From contig JAQUOT010000001.1 of the NCBI GenBank assembly GCA_028716945.1, positions 283,280 through 347,279 on the forward strand: DNA of 64,000 nucleotides. Reading direction: 5' to 3'. The notes below the pieces were generated by a model, which ran no database searches, was not told the DNA's origin, and saw only the letters and a list, made by a program, of their open reading frames with translations. Each line of letters opens with the position of its first letter. Position 1 is the stretch's first letter. A program made the position numbers and the translations under genes. The stretch is from Candidatus Nanoarchaeia archaeon. GTDB taxonomy: Archaea; Nanobdellota; Nanobdellia; SCGC-AAA011-G17; JAFCDX01. Below are positions 57,233 to 64,000 of the stretch, one piece after another.

Positions 57233-58366
57233 ATGGAAAAATCCTCAATAAAAGAAGCTTATGATATTTCATTAAAAGGTTTAAGAGAATGTTATTTAGA
57301 TCAAGGAATTGTAGCAGGATTACATAGATTTGATGATTATTGGGCTAGAGATTCATTATTTGCTTCATTCGGTTCAATAAAAGTTAAAGATTTTGAAGCG
57401 GTTAGAAACAATTTGAATCTTTTTTTAAGCAATTTAAACGAATTAGGACAAATTCCCAGAAGAATCGATAGATATCATGTAGGTTTAAAGTATTTAGGCC
57501 TTAAAATCAAAAGAAAGCCCTTAGGAATAAGATATTCTACTTCGATATTTTTGTCAAAAGCAATAGATCAAAACTCAATTTTTTTAATAACTTTTCTTCA
57601 ATATATAAAAGAAACAAAGGATTTGGAATATTTAAAAAGAAATTATTCAAAATTAAAGCAAATTATTGACTGGAATTTTTTACATTATCAAAATAACTTG
57701 ATTAAAGAGGGTTTTTTTGCAACTTGGGAAGATACAACCTTAAAACGAGGACATACTTTATATACAAATGTATTACATTTTGGAGCACTAAATGCTTTTA
57801 TTTTATTATCTGCTTTGATTAATGAAAATGCTTCGGATTATAAGGAAAAAGTTGTTTTACTTCGAGAAATTATCAATAAAGAATTTTGGAAAGAAAAATT
57901 TTATAGTTCTTGGACAACAAAAAAAGATTTTTATTTTTGTACAATAGGAAATTTATTAGCAATTATTCTAGGAGTAGCAGATAAAGACAAAGCAGAATCT
58001 ATTTTGGATTATATTAAAGAGAATTTTAAAGATAAAACCCCTTTGCCTAGTTCTTATCCAAATTATACTTTCTGGAGAAGAGCTCCTTTGAATTTTTTAA
58101 GAGGTAAAGTAATGTATCATAATGGATTTTCATGGTTATGGATAGGTTGTTGGTATGTTGTCGCATTATCGAGATTAGATAGGAAAAAAGAAGCGCTTAA
58201 AACCTTTAATCAAATCGCAGAAGTTATTAACGCAGAAAAAGAAGTCTATGAAGTATATTTTGATAAAAAACCTGTAAAGAAAATGTTCTTTAAAGCAGAT
58301 TATCCTTTTGCTTGGTCTTGTGGAATGTACGTTTATGTTTATAATTTATTAAAAAGAAAGGATTAA
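57233..58366 (+). CDS. (alpha/alpha)6-barrel glycoside hydrolase, glycogen-debranching (GDE_C)-like
   Basis: 377 aa. DDYWARDSLFA, FFATWEDT and YHNGFSWLW motifs resemble amylo-alpha-1,6-glucosidase / GH-like six-hairpin enzymes. Confidence 0.55.
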   Translation: MEKSSIKEAYDISLKGLRECYLDQGIVAGLHRFDDYWARDSLFASFGSIKVKDFEAVRNNLNLFLSNLNELGQIPRRIDRYHVGLKYLGLKIKRKPLGIRYSTSIFLSKAIDQNSIFLITFLQYIKETKDLEYLKRNYSKLKQIIDWNFLHYQNNLIKEGFFATWEDTTLKRGHTLYTNVLHFGALNAFILLSALINENASDYKEKVVLLREIINKEFWKEKFYSSWTTKKDFYFCTIGNLLAIILGVADKDKAESILDYIKENFKDKTPLPSSYPNYTFWRRAPLNFLRGKVMYHNGFSWLWIGCWYVVALSRLDRKKEALKTFNQIAEVINAEKEVYEVYFDKKPVKKMFFKADYPFAWSCGMYVYVYNLLKRKD

Positions 58367-58391
58367 ATATTTGTCCTTCTTCATAAAACTC

Positions 58392-58868
58392 ATGACTACA
58401 TTAGAACAATACTTAAGTAAAAAAGGAGATTTTTCACAACAATTAACTTTCATTAATAAATATATGCCAAAACTATTAGAAAGAGTTAGAAAAGAACCAG
58501 ACAACACTATTTTTCAAGGAGAATACTTAAAATTATGTAATTGGTATAAATCTGGTGCTATTTTGTCTAATTCTCATAAAAATGCGGAGGAAGCAGGTTT
58601 ATTTTTAGGACATTTAGTTGAATATCATAGGATTTTAAAAGCAACTAAACTAGAAGCACGCTGTTTAACTTTAAAAGAAAAAGATAAAATTTTAAAAAAA
58701 AGAAAGCATATAAAATATTTTATTAAGGGAGATAAAGTAGTTTTTGATAAAAAACAATTTGAAGAAGAATTAAATGAATTATATAAAAAAATTCTTCCTT
58801 CAATAATAGAAGAAGAAAGAGTTATGGAAGCATCTTTAATTGATTCCAGAGACACGCCCTCAAAATAA
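58392..58868 (+). CDS. hypothetical protein
   Basis: The ATG at 58392 is preferred over the TTG at 58371. A TATA-like GGATTAAATATTT lies ~34 nt upstream. Confidence 0.45.
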   Translation: MTTLEQYLSKKGDFSQQLTFINKYMPKLLERVRKEPDNTIFQGEYLKLCNWYKSGAILSNSHKNAEEAGLFLGHLVEYHRILKATKLEARCLTLKEKDKILKKRKHIKYFIKGDKVVFDKKQFEEELNELYKKILPSIIEEERVMEASLIDSRDTPSK

Positions 58869-58911
58869 TTTTAGAAACAATTAAATATTTCTCATTATTC
58901 CTTAGTATACT

Positions 58912-59286
58912 ATGGATATCTCTAAACTAATTAAAAAAGCAAATGCCTTTTTAGAAAGATTAATTTTGTTAATGTCTTCTGATCCTTATCCAGATAGAAC
59001 TCTTTCAGAAGAAGAAATAGAAAGAAAAAATATAAAACCCCTTTCTGAAGAAGATTCAGAATATTTTTCTAATACTTCTGAAATCCTCGCCCCTTTAATT
59101 AAAGAAACAAGGCATTTACTTAAAAAGCAAGAATTAGAAAAAGCATTACAATTAATAATATCTATGAAAGGGCACATACAAGATCTTAAAAGATTAGGTT
59201 TTAAAACAGACTCTTTAGAAAAAGAGTTAATGGAATTTAGATTAGCAAGAGCAGAAATGAGTAAATCTTTTAAAAAAGGTAGTTAA
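58912..59286 (+). CDS. hypothetical helical protein
   Basis: 124-aa ORF. Confidence 0.45.
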   Translation: MDISKLIKKANAFLERLILLMSSDPYPDRTLSEEEIERKNIKPLSEEDSEYFSNTSEILAPLIKETRHLLKKQELEKALQLIISMKGHIQDLKRLGFKTDSLEKELMEFRLARAEMSKSFKKGS

Positions 59287-59287
59287 A

Positions 59288-59902
59288 ATGTTAAATCTAA
59301 ATAAAAAAGAGTTAAAAATTCTAAAGAAGCTAGATACTCCTAAAAAGATTCAGGATTTTTTAAATAAAATTGAAATAAACTTTGAAGAGCAAGGAGAAAC
59401 ATGTATGTCTCCAAGAATGGTTCTTAAAACAAAAAAAGCTCATTGTATAGAAGGAGCAATATTAGCTGCTTTAGCATTAAGATTACAAGGGGAAAAACCT
59501 TTACTAGTTGATTTAAAGACGACAAAAGAAGATTATGAGCATGTACTGGCTGTATTTCAAAAACACGGCAAATGGGGGGCTATAACAAAAACAAATCATG
59601 CTGTATTGAGATATAGAGAACCAGTTTATAGAGATATAAAAGAATTAGTAATGAGTTATTTCCATGAGTATTTTATGGATAATGGCAAGAAAACATTAAG
59701 AAGCTTTTCTAATCCAGTAGATCTTTCAGTATTTGATGATAAAAACTGGGCAACAGATAAAGAAGATTTATGGTATATTCATGATTATCTTGATAGTGTT
59801 AAGCATTATTCTATTTTAGATAAGAAACAAGAAGCTAATTTACGTAAAGCAGATAAGATAGAAATTAAAGCGGGTAAGTTAGTTGAGTTTAGAAAGGATT
59901 AA
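59288..59902 (+). CDS. transglutaminase-fold (papain-like Cys-His) protein
   Basis: KKAHCIEGAILAALALR (Cys at a helix N-terminus), then YEHVLAVF and HGKWGAITKTN, the order expected for a transglutaminase-like catalytic core. Confidence 0.45.
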   Translation: MLNLNKKELKILKKLDTPKKIQDFLNKIEINFEEQGETCMSPRMVLKTKKAHCIEGAILAALALRLQGEKPLLVDLKTTKEDYEHVLAVFQKHGKWGAITKTNHAVLRYREPVYRDIKELVMSYFHEYFMDNGKKTLRSFSNPVDLSVFDDKNWATDKEDLWYIHDYLDSVKHYSILDKKQEANLRKADKIEIKAGKLVEFRKD

Positions 59903-59926
59903 ATATTTTACCAGGTTGTTAAATAA

Positions 59927-60313
59927 ATGGAAAAACTAACAACTTCAATTTTTGGAAAAAGATTACCTAATTTAATTATTAATATCAAAGTAATATCTCA
60001 TTTACCCTACACAGATAAAGACAGCCTATTAGGGCCTACTATGATGGCATTAGATGAATTGTATGAAAAGGTATGCTTAGTTCCTATAAAAAATAAAAAA
60101 GATGAATTATCTGAGTTTAGAGCCATTTGTTTTAATTCAAAAATAAAAGTAGTAAAGGAACAATCTACTCCAGTTGTTGTAATAGTTTTTATTAAAGGAG
60201 TATTGATTAACTTATCTAATCAATTGAATTATAAAATAAATATAATAAATTATAAAGAAGCTGATGATTTGGCTTATGAAATGGCACAAGGGAGTATGTT
60301 AATTCATAAATGA
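59927..60313 (+). CDS. hypothetical protein
   Basis: 128-aa ORF. Confidence 0.4.
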   Translation: MEKLTTSIFGKRLPNLIINIKVISHLPYTDKDSLLGPTMMALDELYEKVCLVPIKNKKDELSEFRAICFNSKIKVVKEQSTPVVVIVFIKGVLINLSNQLNYKINIINYKEADDLAYEMAQGSMLIHK

Positions 60314-60317
60314 AAAA

Positions 60318-60416
60318 ATGAATTGGTTATGGTTTTTTACTTTGGGTATTCCATTTGCAGGTGTTGTAATCTATCTTTTGGTTAAAACAAGAAGAAATAC
60401 TGGCCAAAATCAGTAA
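60318..60416 (+). CDS. 32-aa single-TM peptide (PLDc_N-like)
   Basis: ATG at 60318, TAA at 60414. MNWLWFFTLGIPFAGVVIYLLVKTRRNTGQNQ resembles the short PLD-N-terminal membrane motif. Below the ORF-track cutoff. Confidence 0.35.
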   Translation: MNWLWFFTLGIPFAGVVIYLLVKTRRNTGQNQ

Positions 60417-60478
60417 AATAACCCCTTCTAAAGGCATCTGAGGCATAGTGTTCATATAATATTCATTATGCGCACATG

Positions 60479-60745
60479 TTACTTTTGAGTTAATTCTTTA
60501 AAATAATCATCAGCTAATTCAATTCCAGATTTTTTAGTAAAGCTAAAATCCTTAAAATAATATTTTGTATAATCTAGGAATTCAACTTTGGCCTTTGGAT
60601 ATCTCTGTTCATTCGCTTTTATTTCACTATAATAACAAGCAAAATGTAAACAGGTTACTCCTCCCAAAATAAATGCAAAACCGCCAGCAAAAGCTACTGT
60701 TCCTATTATAGTATTTTTTACTCTATCTACTAAAGTTTTTCCCAT
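60479..60745 (-). CDS. small membrane protein
   Basis: 88 aa with one central TM helix. Preceded by intergenic module R1. Confidence 0.45.
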   Translation of the reverse strand: MGKTLVDRVKNTIIGTVAFAGGFAFILGGVTCLHFACYYSEIKANEQRYPKAKVEFLDYTKYYFKDFSFTKKSGIELADDYFKELTQK

Positions 60746-60795
60746 ATAATTAATAATTACAAAAAACTTATAAAACCTTCCAAGAAAAACTAAGA

Positions 60796-60871
60796 TTTAA
60801 AAGCCTTCCGTTTAATTTCTAAAGAAACCACATAACCCCGATCATTAAACGCACGTGTTTATTTTTGAGAA
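60796..60871. repeat. intergenic module R, copy 1 (diverged)
   Basis: TTTAAAAGCCTTCCGTTTAATTTCTAAAGAAACCACATAACCCCGATCATTAAACGCACGTGTTTATTTTTGAGAA, homologous to 61241..61330. Confidence 0.7.
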
Positions 60872-60879
60872 AGCTTAAC

Positions 60880-61176
60880 TTATTTTTTATAAATTAAATA
60901 TCCAAGGCTTATTTCATCTTTAAAATAAAATGGATTTAGTTGGGTTTTATTATTCTTAATCTGTTCATATGCTCCAGGAATCATTTCCATTGGAACAACA
61001 ATAAAATTTTGTATATCCTTCCTTTTAACAGAATCAGCATATTTTTTAACTTGTTGCGCTAATTCAGTAGGGGTAGTTGATGTTAAAGCTATATCTAATT
61101 TATAGCCTTTTTCTCTTAAGATGTTATCTAACCCCTTATCTTCACCAGATATAAATATTGGAATAGGTATAATCAT
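60880..61176 (-). CDS. hypothetical protein
   Basis: ~98 aa from the ATG at 61176 (ORF-track TTG at 61182). Preceded by leader copy 2 and module R2. Confidence 0.5.
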   Translation of the reverse strand: MIIPIPIFISGEDKGLDNILREKGYKLDIALTSTTPTELAQQVKKYADSVKRKDIQNFIVVPMEMIPGAYEQIKNNKTQLNPFYFKDEISLGYLIYKK

Positions 61177-61185
61177 CTTCAATAT

Positions 61186-61225
61186 TCTCAGAAACAGCTG
61201 AGGTACCTGAACACCTCTTACTTTT
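61186..61225 (-). promoter_or_regulatory. conserved 5' leader motif, copy 2
   Basis: Minus strand reads AAAAGTAAGAGGTGTTCAGGTACCTCAGCTGTTTCTGAGA, ~10 nt before the start codon. Confidence 0.55.
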
Positions 61226-61240
61226 GAATATCAGATAAAA

Positions 61241-61330
61241 TTTATAAATCTATCGCATAATGCATGTTATACAACTTCTAAAGAAACCACATAACCCTGG
61301 TCATTATATGGTCGCTTTTATTTTTGAGAA
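61241..61330. repeat. intergenic module R, copy 2 (full length)
   Basis: TTTATAAATCTATCGCATAATGCATGTTATACAACTTCTAAAGAAACCACATAACCCTGGTCATTATATGGTCGCTTTTATTTTTGAGAA, ~90% identical to 61844..61929. Confidence 0.85.
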
Positions 61331-61334
61331 ATTA

Positions 61335-61820
61335 TTATAATCCGTCTTTTTTTCCAATCTTTTTCATTAAAAAGTTTCTAATCTTTTCAGCATCTACAAT
61401 GCTTACTGCCGGAATATATCCTTCTGAGGAGGTTTGTGCAGAATACCCTGCTGTTTGTATCATAATACTAGAAAATCCAAAAATTCTCGCGAATATTCCT
61501 CTTTGAATATCCACATTTTGTATTTTTGTATAAGGGATATTACTATATTTTTTCCAAATAATCCCTCTTTCTGATCTAAACCCATCCTCTCTAAATTCAT
61601 AAGCCCAAAAACGATAAGCTAACTGTGCATAAATTTCTCCACAAACAAGAGTAATAAGTATCGTGCCTAAAATAGGGTATATAATAAAAGTATTAAAAAT
61701 TTTGTTTGTAAGCATACCAAATAAAATACCTGCAACTATAATCCATAAACTAAGAAATTTAATATAACTATTAATACGAAATATCCATTTCGCTCCCAAG
61801 TGTAACTTATTTTTTGCCAT
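61335..61820 (-). CDS. bPH_2 (YdbS/YdbT-like membrane-flanked PH domain) protein
   Basis: 161 aa. Two TM helices, then ERGIIWKKYSNIPYTKIQNVDIQRGIFARIFGFSSIMIQTAG, the bacterial-PH (DUF304) signature. Confidence 0.65.
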   Translation of the reverse strand: MAKNKLHLGAKWIFRINSYIKFLSLWIIVAGILFGMLTNKIFNTFIIYPILGTILITLVCGEIYAQLAYRFWAYEFREDGFRSERGIIWKKYSNIPYTKIQNVDIQRGIFARIFGFSSIMIQTAGYSAQTSSEGYIPAVSIVDAEKIRNFLMKKIGKKDGL

Positions 61821-61843
61821 GTTAATTAAACCCCTTTAAATCT

Positions 61844-61929
61844 TATAAATCTATCGCATAATGCATGTTATACAACTTCTAAAGAAATCGCATAACTTTG
61901 GTCATTATATGACGTGTTATTTTTGAGAA
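61844..61929. repeat. intergenic module R, copy 3 (full length)
   Basis: TTATAAATCTATCGCATAATGCATGTTATACAACTTCTAAAGAAATCGCATAACTTTGGTCATTATATGACGTGTTATTTTTGAGAA. Confidence 0.85.
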
Positions 61930-61930
61930 T

Positions 61931-62233
61931 TTATTCCTTTTGGTATCTTTTCATCATCCTATTAAGTTCAGCTTCACTATACTCTTCACTAAAAACATCT
62001 CGGCTTGTTGGATGATACAAATTACTTACATGATACCTCCGGTTTTCTTCATTATAATCAGTGTTCATGTAAACCGCGCTATCTGGAATTCCTAACTCCT
62101 TTCTTACATCTGGTCTAGTAAGAAATCTAAAAATATCTACAATGAGGCCTAAATCTACTAAAGGCATAAAGTTACCATCACATTTTTCTTTTAGGTGGTC
62201 TATGTTAACTCTAAATGGTTTTTGTTTAGTCAT
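61931..62233 (-). CDS. hypothetical protein
   Basis: 100-aa ORF preceded by leader copy 3 and module R4. Confidence 0.5.
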   Translation of the reverse strand: MTKQKPFRVNIDHLKEKCDGNFMPLVDLGLIVDIFRFLTRPDVRKELGIPDSAVYMNTDYNEENRRYHVSNLYHPTSRDVFSEEYSEAELNRMMKRYQKE

Positions 62234-62242
62234 TTTTCACAA

Positions 62243-62283
62243 TCTCAGAATTCAGTCTGAGGTCCTGAACACCTCTTACTTTT
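62243..62283 (-). promoter_or_regulatory. conserved 5' leader motif, copy 3
   Basis: Minus strand reads AAAAGTAAGAGGTGTTCAGGACCTCAGACTGAATTCTGAGA, ~10 nt before the ATG at 62233. Confidence 0.55.
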
Positions 62284-62297
62284 AAGGGTATAATAAA

Positions 62298-62342
62298 TTT
62301 TATAAGTCTTCCGCTTAACTTCTAAAGAAATCGCATAAACCT
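62298..62342. repeat. intergenic module R, copy 4 (truncated)
   Basis: TTTTATAAGTCTTCCGCTTAACTTCTAAAGAAATCGCATAAACC. Shares the TATAA..TCC/CGC..AACTTCTAAAGAAA.C.CATAA core and lacks the distal GGTCATTATA...TTTTTGAGAA part. Confidence 0.65.
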
Positions 62343-62370
62343 TTATATATTTAAAACTCTTAAAAGAGTT

Positions 62371-62733
62371 ATGGATATAAATTTAATAGAAAAAGCCAGA
62401 AAACTAGTAAGTGAAGGCAAAGTAGTTTATTCTGGAGATGCAGAAAAAGATATCCTATTACACAATTACTCTAAAACTTTTTTACAAGAATCCTTTAATA
62501 ATGGGATCTTAATTACAAAAAATGAGCTTTATTTAGATACTTCTAAATTAATAAGTAAAACTAGCCCATTTTATTGCTTGCATTCTTATACTCATTCTTT
62601 TTTATCTATACTTGGTAAAAGGTATATTTTAATTGGTTGGGATTTTGCAGAGAACAAAGAAGAAATAATAATATTTATACATACTTCTCCTTGCACAGGT
62701 TATGAAATTAAAAGGTATAAAGAATTAAAGTAA
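62371..62733 (+). CDS. hypothetical protein
   Basis: 120-aa ORF divergent from the cassette-like array. Confidence 0.45.
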   Translation: MDINLIEKARKLVSEGKVVYSGDAEKDILLHNYSKTFLQESFNNGILITKNELYLDTSKLISKTSPFYCLHSYTHSFLSILGKRYILIGWDFAENKEEIIIFIHTSPCTGYEIKRYKELK

Positions 62734-63000
62734 TTTATCTCTAAAAATATTAAGAGATTTTGTTTTATTTTGTGTAAAAAGAGAAGAAATTCTATTAATA
62801 ATTGAAGGATGCATAGTTTTTCTAACCTTTTCTGCTTCATCCATACTAGAATAAGTTTCTCCACATTTTTGACATTCTAATACTTTAATTTCAGAAAATT
62901 TATTTCCTAAAGTAATAAGGTTATTTTTAGGCTTTAAATTGGTGCTTTTACAATTATAACAATGCTTTAGCTTGCCAATTATTTTATCTTTTGTATCCAT
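62725..63000 (-). CDS. YgiT/MqsA-type zinc-ribbon protein
   Basis: 91 aa. CYNC...x25...ECQKCGETYSSMDEAEK, the same ribbon pattern as the N-terminus of 18845..19378. Confidence 0.5.
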   Translation of the reverse strand: MDTKDKIIGKLKHCYNCKSTNLKPKNNLITLGNKFSEIKVLECQKCGETYSSMDEAEKVRKTMHPSIINRISSLFTQNKTKSLNIFRDKLL

Positions 63001-63123
63001 ATTTCATTTATAGAAAAGATATTTATAAAGTTATCTATAACAGCCATATAACGAAGCTTATATGAACAGAAAAGTTAGATTACTAAATATAATAAACTCC
63101 TTTCTAAAGAATTATTAATAAAT

Positions 63124-63279
63124 TTATAATTTTCTTAATAATATAGAAAGTACTAATGCTAATAAAGAAGCACCTAAGAAATAATACCAATTGGGATTAT
63201 TTAATCCAGCTAGTATTACTGCTCCAGCCCCTAATATTGCAGCTAAACCATATCCTATAGCACTGATTTTAATTGGCAT
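63124..63279 (-). CDS. 51-aa two-TM peptide
   Basis: ATG at 63279, TAA at 63126..63124. MPIKISAIGYGLAAILGAGAVILAGLNNPNWYYFLGASLLALVLSILLRKL. Below the ORF-track cutoff. Confidence 0.35.
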   Translation of the reverse strand: MPIKISAIGYGLAAILGAGAVILAGLNNPNWYYFLGASLLALVLSILLRKL

Positions 63280-63342
63280 ATATTTTAGATGTCTTTTAAT
63301 TATATAAACATTTCTAGATTATTTATAGTTTACATAAAATAA

Positions 63343-63933
63343 TTAATAATCTGAGAAACCCATAAGTTTAATATCTGTAAACAAACTTTCGATTAACTTT
63401 TTATTATTTAAATAATCTCCTTTATCATCAGTATAAAATTTAATTTCAGAAGCAAACTTTTGGGTATAATCATACATCAAATATAAATGATTTATATCTC
63501 TACTCTTTAAGCCGTTTAACTTAACATTAAATATAGGACTGTGTTTTTCAACGATAACTAATACTTCATTATCTTTTGGGGGATAATAATTAATATTATT
63601 GAGAAAAGCAAGGAATTTTCCTGCATCTCTTAAAATATTTTGAATAATTAAATATCTATCGGCTTCTTTTAATGATACCAAATAATCATATACTTCTCTT
63701 ACATTTGCCTTTAGTTCATTGAGTACAGGGAATTTAGTTAAATCTCCTTTTATTGAAATTTTCATAAAAAAAGTAAGGGCGGTACTAATAATTAACAGTT
63801 TATGCCGTATTTCATTAGATATTGTAAGGACAGTTAAAGAGTCATTATCTTTTAAATAATTTAATATCTTGTTTTTATAAGAATTTGAAATACAAGCAGT
63901 TACAAAAAAGTTTGTATCTACAACTTTTTTCAT
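63343..63933 (-). CDS. PIN-like domain protein (tentative)
   Basis: 196 aa. N-terminal KKVVDTNFF (PIN first acidic residue) and a late FYTDDKGDY resembling the T.D motif. Much longer than a minimal VapC. Confidence 0.4.
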   Translation of the reverse strand: MKKVVDTNFFVTACISNSYKNKILNYLKDNDSLTVLTISNEIRHKLLIISTALTFFMKISIKGDLTKFPVLNELKANVREVYDYLVSLKEADRYLIIQNILRDAGKFLAFLNNINYYPPKDNEVLVIVEKHSPIFNVKLNGLKSRDINHLYLMYDYTQKFASEIKFYTDDKGDYLNNKKLIESLFTDIKLMGFSDY

Positions 63934-63934
63934 T

Positions 63935-64000
63935 TTATTCTAACGGATAACATTTAGAAATACATTCTAAAGTATCATTAAAAATTTCATCAACAATGTT
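63935..64000 (-). CDS. 3' end of an upstream ORF (partial; runs off the window)
   Basis: Open frame on the minus strand from the window edge (...NIVDEIFNDTLECISKCYPLE) to the TAA at 63937..63935, 1 nt before the PIN-like start. Confidence 0.35.
   Translation of the reverse strand, partial: NIVDEIFNDTLECISKCYPLE

Noticed and set aside
60746-62370. Integron-type attC cassette array
   Set aside because: No integrase is present in the window. The repeats do not show canonical R''/R' boxes (RYYYAAC / GTTRRRY): only GTTAT...ATAAC 5-bp inverted segments occur. Each copy also contains a TATA box that simply explains it as a promoter module. It is kept as a finding but not called an integron.

Overview
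Strongly AT-rich, densely coded archaeal chromosomal window. Many genes overlap by 4 nt (ATGA), and promoters of the form GAAAnnTTTAAATA sit about 25-30 nt upstream of start codons, so most transcripts look leaderless or short-leadered. The housekeeping backbone is clearly archaeal: FEN1, family-B DNA polymerase, PolD DP1+DP2, RadB, split Hef helicase/ERCC4 nuclease, type IA topoisomerase, Cdc48, LonB, MetAP, Ser/Tyr/Arg-tRNA synthetases, Trm5, LigT/ThpR, an arginase-family enzyme and one tRNA-Lys(CUU). The gene content and composition fit a small-genome lineage such as DPANN, but that is inference only. Accessory segments interrupt this backbone. (1) At 25.7-28.6 kb, a translationally coupled five-gene operon encodes a Zn-ribbon protein, an AAA_28 P-loop kinase-like protein, a CYTH protein and two paralogous radical-SAM enzymes. 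I consider it the best candidate for an undescribed nucleotide-modifying (possibly viperin-like) system. (2) At 11.3-16.6 kb, an island holds a direct-repeat-flanked cassette (DUF4258/DUF2283 TA-like pair plus a RadC fragment). It also holds a three-gene operon: a ParB/Srx-like protein, a possible PD-(D/E)xK + HEPN protein, and a Dam-like methyltransferase with a DPCY motif. The ParB fold continues upstream of its first AUG, in frame through the TGA stop of the preceding membrane-protein gene. (3) At 1.7-4.6 kb, two tandem membrane/surface paralogs share a 399-bp block of perfect nucleotide identity and have unrelated C-terminal domains. (4) At 54.9-55.55 kb, a 680-bp ORF-free tract carries about 6 decayed tandem copies of the 3' end of the adjacent HTH gene. 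That gene also contains palindromic GAACGTTCAT repeats. (5) At 60.7-62.4 kb, four small same-strand genes are each preceded by copies of a ~45-90 bp intergenic module. A conserved two-hairpin 5' leader occurs three times in the window. No rRNA, CRISPR array, transposase or integrase was recognised. All family assignments come from motif reading by eye, not from database searches.
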